DNA of 54,959 bases, the filler included, from Sphacelaria rigidula (taxonomy: Eukaryota): the NCBI GenBank assembly GCA_964200075.2. It is 5 parts of 5 records of this genome, joined end to end, with 100 filler letters (N's around TTAATTAATTAA, not from the genome) between each part and the next. Parts side by side here need not be neighbours in the genome. Positions count along the whole stretch, not along the records: positions 44,049 to 54,959 come from CAXNAA020005694.1; 4 more parts are not named here. One strand, written 5' to 3'. Shown piece after piece: positions 48,001-54,959 of the stretch; within the stretch, counting starts at the first letter, position 1, and each line of letters begins with the position of its first letter. The position numbers and the translations under genes are program-made. The notes beneath the pieces are model-generated. The model was given only the letters and a program-made list of their open reading frames with translations. It was not told the origin of the DNA and searched no databases.

Positions 48001-50498
48001 TAGAGCTTGGCGAAGATGGCCTCAAAGAATGGTCTTCTTTCCCTTCCTGCCTGTTTCTGCCGTTGTTGACAACCTGAAAGTCTATACTTTCTTCGCTGCA
48101 CCGCTTCTCCAGCACTTCATAAGCTTGATGATCTATGTTTCCCTTGACGAACTGCCCTGTGCAGTGATCTTCCTTCTTCAAGCTTTGGCGACGCGTGGGC
48201 GAAGAAACGTTTCCGGTGAGACCTCCGTCACTGCACTCCGCGGCATCGCCATCGCCGACTGAACTCCCCTCACCTTGGGCACCATCGACATTCCCTGTAC
48301 CCGATTGCTCTCCACCTGTACACGTAGTCTCTACAGCTGGGTCGAGTTGATTCGAAGTGCCGAGTAGTCCAGTAGGGTGGGTCCTGGATGTTGTGTGCTG
48401 CCCGCGATCCCCGCAAATACTGTTTGGCAACCAAGATGATGGTGGATAACATGCCGTCGTTCGGGATGGGGCTCGGCCGCCGCTGGATGATGACGGCAAC
48501 GTGTGTGTGCTGTTGGACTGGATACACATCACACGTACCGTTTTTCAGGGTTTTGGGGGAACATAGTTTCAGTCTTCGTGATCACATCGGATGATTTTTT
48601 GCATGCAACACTCACGGCAATACGGTTCTACAAGAGATACCATCGGTATACCATACGTCACCCCCGAATACTGCACTACGCCAGCTTTTCCACAGTATCG
48701 CGCGCTCATTCTGCCCTTCGGAAAACATCAGTCGCCACCCCCATCGACCGATGTAGGTTCTTCGATTCGAAAAGGAATTTCGAGCCCTCGCACTTTACAT
48801 GCGTACGGGTTGAATGGTTGTTCAACTTTTTTCCTGCCTGGAAAAATGATTAAGGGACGCAGCTTCACGATGTGTTTTCCCACGTCCCCGTTTCTTCCGC
48901 AAAAAACGCAACGAGCACGGCCACCAGCTTCCACTGTGGCTATCACACCAGTGGAGAAGTGCCGTAGGTCGTCATCACGAGGGTTGCGACCCGTGTCATT
49001 CAACGCGCACAAAAACATCAAACAAGCACAAAAACCCTCATGTCACGCGGTGTTTGTTCACTCTGTCACCCGCAACCCCGAAATCAGGTGAAACCTTTGT
49101 GAGAATAGCGGTTCCGGAACTTAAATATTGCCAAGTTCGGTTTCCGAAGTACGTTAGCCACGTACCGTCACTACGAAAAAGCGAACACGTTGATTTTTCG
49201 GGTAGTCAGCGGGTTTTGCCGTTCGATGTGTCCAGTTGAGATTCAAGCAAGGAGCGCATTCACCGATAACACGAACTGAATGCCCATCGCTACGGTGAAA
49301 AGCAAATTCTCACCGAACTTATGATCAATCCAATAGGTATGTCAAAGCTACTCTCAGATGTACGATCTCCTGCAAAACACCGACACCAGTTTTCACCGGA
49401 CTTTGGATGGGGATCCCAATTACCTGCGCACAGGACAAACTAACGCTGGCGCCGGCGGTGCCAGAACGTGTCAAAATCATGCACCTCTTACGCACACCCT
49501 CCAGCGTGTCTGTTCGCCTCCGTGGGTGTCGGGCAGCCACCTTCTTACTGCTCCCCCATGCCTGCTGCATCCGTCGCCTTTGGGGAGAAAACGGTGGGCT
49601 TTTGGCGTGGTTGCAGCTGAGCGTGGCCCCCGGGGGCAGGTAAGGGATACCTTTCATCGCAAGCGCGCCCATGGGAGAGAGATAAGGGGGGCAGGGGGGT
49701 TGTCCGAAACCGAGATCTCGGAAGCAGCAAACATTCGAGTCGCGGGGCAACTAGGGTTTGATGATATCTAGAGTATGGATAGCTGGCAACAATACTTCTA
49801 AAGTTGGAAAGTGGGGGGGAGGGGGGGGGGGGGGGGGGGCGGCGAAGAAAAAAGGGGGGAAAACAAAGCCCCCATTTTTTGGTTTTTTCTTTTTTTCTTG
49901 GTCACTCTCTCCNNNNNNNNNNGGTTGGCGGGGGTGTGGGGGTGTGGGGGTGGGGGTGGTGGGGGGGGGGGGGTGGGGCAGCTGAGACAAAAAGGGGGAT
50001 AATCAAGTCCACACTTTTTCGCGTTTTCCATTTTTCCATGTCACTCGTCTCCGAGTCAATCATTGCTCGGAAACTGGAATCAAACATGTGGCATAATGTG
50101 GTGTAGTTCGGCAGTAATGGGTAACGTCCACAAGGGTGATGGAAACAGGTGTTGACGCACGAGGTAGGAGAACGCTACTGCGGCAAGAGCTATCAATGAC
50201 GTATGGGAAATTTATATTTGCGTTGTGGACGAGCAAAAAACACCTTATCCTGCCGCCGAAATTCTGCTTCCTAAGCGAGGGGGCTAGCGTCATTCTCTAG
50301 CCGAGGTTGGCTTCCGGTAGGTTGATTACCTGCAGCGCTGCCGGTACACTTCCGGCCGCGTTTTCTGCTGCAACAGATTACGCGGTGAGGTTCCTTACAA
50401 CCCGCGCTAAGAAGTGCTGTGGCCTGCGTCCAGTCCTCTTGTACAAATGCGTATCGAGGTCCTCGAACGGACTTGCCGAGGTCCATTATCATGGCGAT
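45058..50498 (-). pseudogene. Intron-containing, probably decayed gene or transposon-derived gene of unknown function
   Basis: Exon-like blocks with AG/GT ends (50498-50330; the 307-aa ORF ending at donor 47613 gacag|gtaagg; blocks near 47257, 46520-46190, 45890-45683, 45420-45058). Several have in-frame stops, e.g. AEVW*SGGHLKG*EHGSTLKLVQK*TFSKMSFNEEARVITG. Confidence 0.45.
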
Positions 50499-50815
50499 CT
50501 GTTGTAGTGGAAAACAACAACGGGGGTGTAAGATCAGGTTATTGAAGGGAGAGCTGCCGCGCGGTGCTTCTCGTGATGGGGCGCCAGCAAGGTCCGCGCA
50601 AGCTCGGGAGGCCCAAGGCGATGTCTGGCCGAACCCTGGTACTCTCTGGCTTGCATATCACCCAATGTAGAGCCTGCTGGTGGCAGCGCTGTGCTTTTCT
50701 CAGTATATATCAAACAGTCTTCCCAAGAGTGTCTCGCATTGTGAAAATATCATTGTCCTCGACAGACCTTTGTGGGAAACATTTCCCTCTACGTATATGA
50801 TAATATCGACACCAC

Positions 50816-50859
<44 letters not shown>

Positions 50860-51701
50860 ACACCCCCCCCCCCCCCCCACCCCAAGTACGGCCCCCCCCC
50901 CCCCCCATGTGAACCTCTCCGTGCGTTTGTTGCCAGGAAGTTTGTAGAGGAAACCGATTTCGCCGGACAGCGATCAGGACATTCATGCCTTTCTTTTCTA
51001 CACCGTTTTTGCCTCAATATCGTGGTGGAGAAATGATCGGTTCTAGCCCGAAAATGACGCTTTCGTACGTACAAGTTGGGGAAGAGGAAGACGGAAAAGA
51101 AAAGTTGCGGGAAGGTCGGGGGGCGTAAGGTCGTCTGTGTGAAAGTCATTTGTCATTTCTTCACGTCAGGGACAAGAATATTTCGGAGTTGAAACCCGCT
51201 ATATGTTCAACCTCATTTTCGAAGATAATCTGTTTCGACGATACCTAATCACTGTTTGTTATCGGCGTCAATGGCTGTAGGTACATGAGATTATCTGCGT
51301 GTCATCGCTCTCTACTGCACGCAGTCTATTGCACACGGTCACTATCTCTGCTTAATTAATCACAGCAAGACCACAGACAGTGTGCAAGAGGGACCAAGCA
51401 GGCGGCGAGGACAACACACAGAGCAAAATGGATCATCTTTGCTCATACTTCTAAATGGTTGAGTGGTTGTTACCCCAATGTTCACACGCTACGCTGCGAA
51501 GTAGCTATGCTGTTAGGATCCTGTAGGGGAACAAAGCGACAATTGACCAATCGACATCGTCAAATTGGTTACTTCTTTCGGTTTGGGCTTCCATTCGGGC
51601 GTAAAATGATCGCACGGAAAGTTCCAAACATGCATGGTCAGTTTTGTTAGTTTCTCAGTGAACCCGTAGACCGCAAGCGTCGCCCCCGAATATTTTTCAC
51701 A

Positions 51702-52513
51702 GGCAGACAATCCAGGGACATCCGGGGTTTCCAGGGCAGCAGGGGGGGGGGTGGTTTTTGACGGGGACTGGGGGCCTGTTCGCAGAACAGTCGAATAACT
51801 CATCAAGTCAACCATATGTGTTTGGAAGTTTCGCGTGAGGAATTCTAAGCCAGGAGCGAGGCCGGAGAGGAGCGGAGGAACCGTTTTGAGAGCTCCGATT
51901 GGTCAGAATGGTCGCTTGTTCCCCTACAGATGAACTCCTGATGGACTACGTCGTGGATCAGCCGTATTTCCCATCTTGATCATGACCGTTCAACCGTAGA
52001 ATAATAACATGGGCACAAAGTGCCTTGTCTTCCACTCGTGACCTTTGCCGCCCGCCTGATCGCTCTTGTGTTGCGCGCATAGCTCATAGCTTCACACCGT
52101 CCGTAGTGTTGTTATGGAACACCAAGCAGAGAGGCATCAGCAGCGTGCAGTACACTGTGTTCAGTGGAGAGCGATGACACACTCACCCTCTTGCTACTCT
52201 GTTCATCGAAGACACACAGCATATCATACGTAGTAAGTCTGCACGCACTTGACAGCAGGGTAAAAACCGATTAGGAATTCTCTAGGACTGTTTGCTACAT
52301 AGATGCCCAACATCCACATGTTCATGAAAAATGAGTGCTTAGCGTAAACACAGTTGTTCTGAAACCCAAATGTGGCCCAGTCCATCCGAGCCCATCTTAG
52401 GGAGGTTCCCAGTTGAGGATCGATCGGAGAACAAGCACCCACTTTCGCGTCAAAAACCACCCCCCCCCCCCCGCGCGCGCATGCTTAAAACCCCGGCATG
52501 TCCCTGGACTGCC
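51702..52513. mobile_element. Non-autonomous TIR element, ~60-bp imperfect TIRs
   Basis: TCCAGGGACAT.CCGGGGTTT...GGGGTGGTTTTTGACG (51711-51763) is inverted at 52448-52513. Interior homologous to 29165-30200. Confidence 0.75.
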
Positions 52514-54407
52514 GACCGGCACAACTGTTCCGAGGCAAAGCTTTCAGTATGAGCTCAAGACATGAACTGAAGCTCAACGTCATCGGTTTTTTCGCTGTTG
52601 CTTGTTTGTCTAGGTTTCACCAGTTCCTTTGGGGTCCCCGGCCATCGCATGCTCTACAATCTCGAAGCGATTTCACTTTGACTCCAAACCATACCGCGGT
52701 TAGCATAGAACAGTGACGAAAATTGACACATGTGCTCCCGGAGGCAAGCTCGAGGTGTTCAGTGATTGTTCTTTCCAGAGTTTCGGTCCGTTTAGGCGTT
52801 TCCTTGGGGTTAAAGGCCGCTGGAAGTCCGTAATCTCGGGAAAAAACTCACATGTATGTGCTTCAAACCTCACGGCGGGTTCGAGAGTGCGGATGCGAAA
52901 ATTCCCATGGGCGTTTCGGGATGCGAGCTCGAAGTCGCCAGCGTCCGGGTAAGCCTAGTTACGGTCGCCTAAAACGATTTCAGGTTATCACAAGCTGCCG
53001 GAAGTGCCCGTGGATCTCAGATTCACGAGCTATTTCACGCTTGCTCCATCATTCACGCCGTTTTCCAGGATTCAGGAGACACAACATCCCCCGCGTTCTT
53101 GGAGGTGAGCCCCGAGGCCATCAGTATTTGAAATTTATGAGTGTAGGTCGTGTTCCCTTATTTCTTAGGGTCATTATTCAGGGGCTACTTTTCCCCCCCG
53201 TTTTTTTTCGGAGAAAGAGCTTTCCCCCCTGAAGAATGTGACATCTGATATCTCAACCAGGTCAAGAAATAGATGAATTTACGGCTGACCACATATTGCT
53301 CGGAGAATTTCGCGTTGGATTTTTTTGTTTGTGGCTTTTTTTTATTGAGAAGTAAGAAGTCGGAAATATCGAGCGCATTCCTTATGTATATTCTGGAGCT
53401 ACTTCTCGAAGAAATGGATTTTCCACAGCGTCGCGTGCATGATTTGTGGGGCACTTCGAGTACGGAAAACTTCTGTGTTTCCACTGGGGCCGTGAATAAT
53501 CCCGCCGTCGATACACTCCTCTCACCTGCGCAGTCAACGGAGGTAAATCAAGGCGTGGTCGACAAATCGCCTTTACTGGCACCGGGTTTTGCGAGGGCGC
53601 CATGCTGCCGTCGCTCTCGCTCTCTCGCTCTCTCGCTCCCATCCTCTCTCACTGTCACTCCCTTTCTCCCTCGCCCGCTCTGCCTGCCTATCTTCCGTCT
53701 GCCTCTTGTAATTTCTTCTGTGCTGGGTGTGTTTGGTATAGGGCTTATGCGGCGAGTCTAACAAACGCGGCACGATAGATTTCGGTTCAACGAGAAACTG
53801 GTAACTTCGTGTCAAAATTGTCCCGCATGAATTACTCCGCGTCACCAAGACCGTACGCATGTCATCAGCACTACCCCAAACGTCCAGTGCTGCTGCCGTG
53901 GCACACGTGCGCTATCTGATGTAGTCGGTGGCAACAGCTCGAATAGCTATGCTCTTGTAGTGTGATCGTAAGAAGCTGGGGTTAATCGACTTTCAAGTGA
54001 TAGATATATCGAGGAGAAGGGAATACTGCTGCGTTCACATATCGCAGGCGATATCGTCCACCTGCTCGCCGCTGCTTCGTCACAGCAGCCCCTCGTCATG
54101 ACTGCTGCAGACGTACATGGTCAAAGGAAGCTACTCTCTTCTACTGGAGGAAGGACCACGCTTCATCCCCGCCCAAAGAGTGGCAGCGATTGCAGCGGCG
54201 GTCCACCACGGACAGCACAAATACGCGCATCAGCCAATAGCCTTGTCCGTCCAGCGACCGCCGGCTCAACAGCTGTCTCCAAGGGCACAGGCAGAGCGGC
54301 TACAGGTATAGCACGGCTCATCTGAGGGGACTAAAGCTCGCGCGTATACAACTACACTAAAATTCACTCCCCCTTCACCCGATAATCCTACTCAGAACCA
54401 ACAGACG

Positions 54408-54727
54408 TTACCAACCGGTCGGAAAAAATGGTTGAGATTAAAACATACTCGTTTTAGTGTCAGTCGGGGCGATGGATGAAACCACCAACAGATACAGGTG
54501 AGCAGTGGTGAGCAGTAGACCCAGCTTGTCCAGAACGTGTTTTGTTCCAAAATCGGCTGAAAGGCGTCGATTTGAGCTCTGGCAACGCACACTTTGCCTA
54601 GCGAGTATTCTGCACCCCCTTGCCCGAGTGTTCTCGGTATGCCTTGGTCGGGGTTAGGGTTAGGGTTAGCGTTAGGGTTGGCGGCATCTCCATAGTGCGT
54701 CAACCATTTTTTCCGACCAGTTGGTAA
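54408..54727. mobile_element. MITE-like element with 28-bp TIRs and an internal (TTAGGG)n tract
   Basis: TTACCAACCGGTCGGAAAAAATGGTTGA / TCAACCATTTTTTCCGACCAGTTGGTAA (1 mismatch). GGGTTAGGGTTAGGGTTAGCGTTAGGGTT at 54651-54679. Confidence 0.8.
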
Positions 54728-54959
54728 AGAGGCCTCCATGATTGACTCGTGCTAGTGCAGATGTTTGATACATCGGATATAGTATGTGCATGTTGCAGAA
54801 TTTGAACCTTCGATCGAGCCCCCAGAAGCAAGAATTATCTTAGCGACCTCGCAGCAGCGGAGAGAACAATTATAACACTGGCCCTATTATTATTATGATT
54901 ATATCCATCACATTAGCTCGATCTCTCGAACCCGTGGTCACAGAGTGCAAGGAGCATAC

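Noticed and set aside
54650..54680. True chromosome end
   Set aside because: Short, interrupted, internal tract followed by unique sequence.
54920..54959. B-box-like GGTTCGAGA on the minus strand as tRNA or SINE
   Set aside because: Truncated by the window end; no A box or stems can be verified.

Overview
This window is not one locus. It is five unrelated ~10.9 kb contigs (1-10913, 11014-21926, 22027-32937, 33038-43948, 44049-54959) joined by identical 100-bp linkers (44 N + TTAATTAATTAA + 44 N). The DNA is eukaryotic, repeat-rich and intron-rich. Splice-site style, Ala-rich CAG exons, TTAGGG repeats and the retroelement content suggest a brown alga or related stramenopile (inference). Almost all ORFs in the track are spurious. 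Supportable content: decayed copies of one LINE family, tRNA-derived SINE-like elements, several MITE/foldback elements (two with clean 3-bp TSDs), a probable decayed LTR-retrotransposon gag region, short tandem arrays, one minus-strand gene fragment with phase-compatible exons, and an intron-containing probable pseudogene. I found no CRISPR array, rRNA or nameable gene, and no convincing novel multi-gene system. The most unusual items are a fully paired tRNA cloverleaf with a 20-nt anticodon loop, a near-perfect 216-bp inverted repeat, a TIR element carrying telomeric repeats, and recurrent Cys-rich transposase-like remnants.
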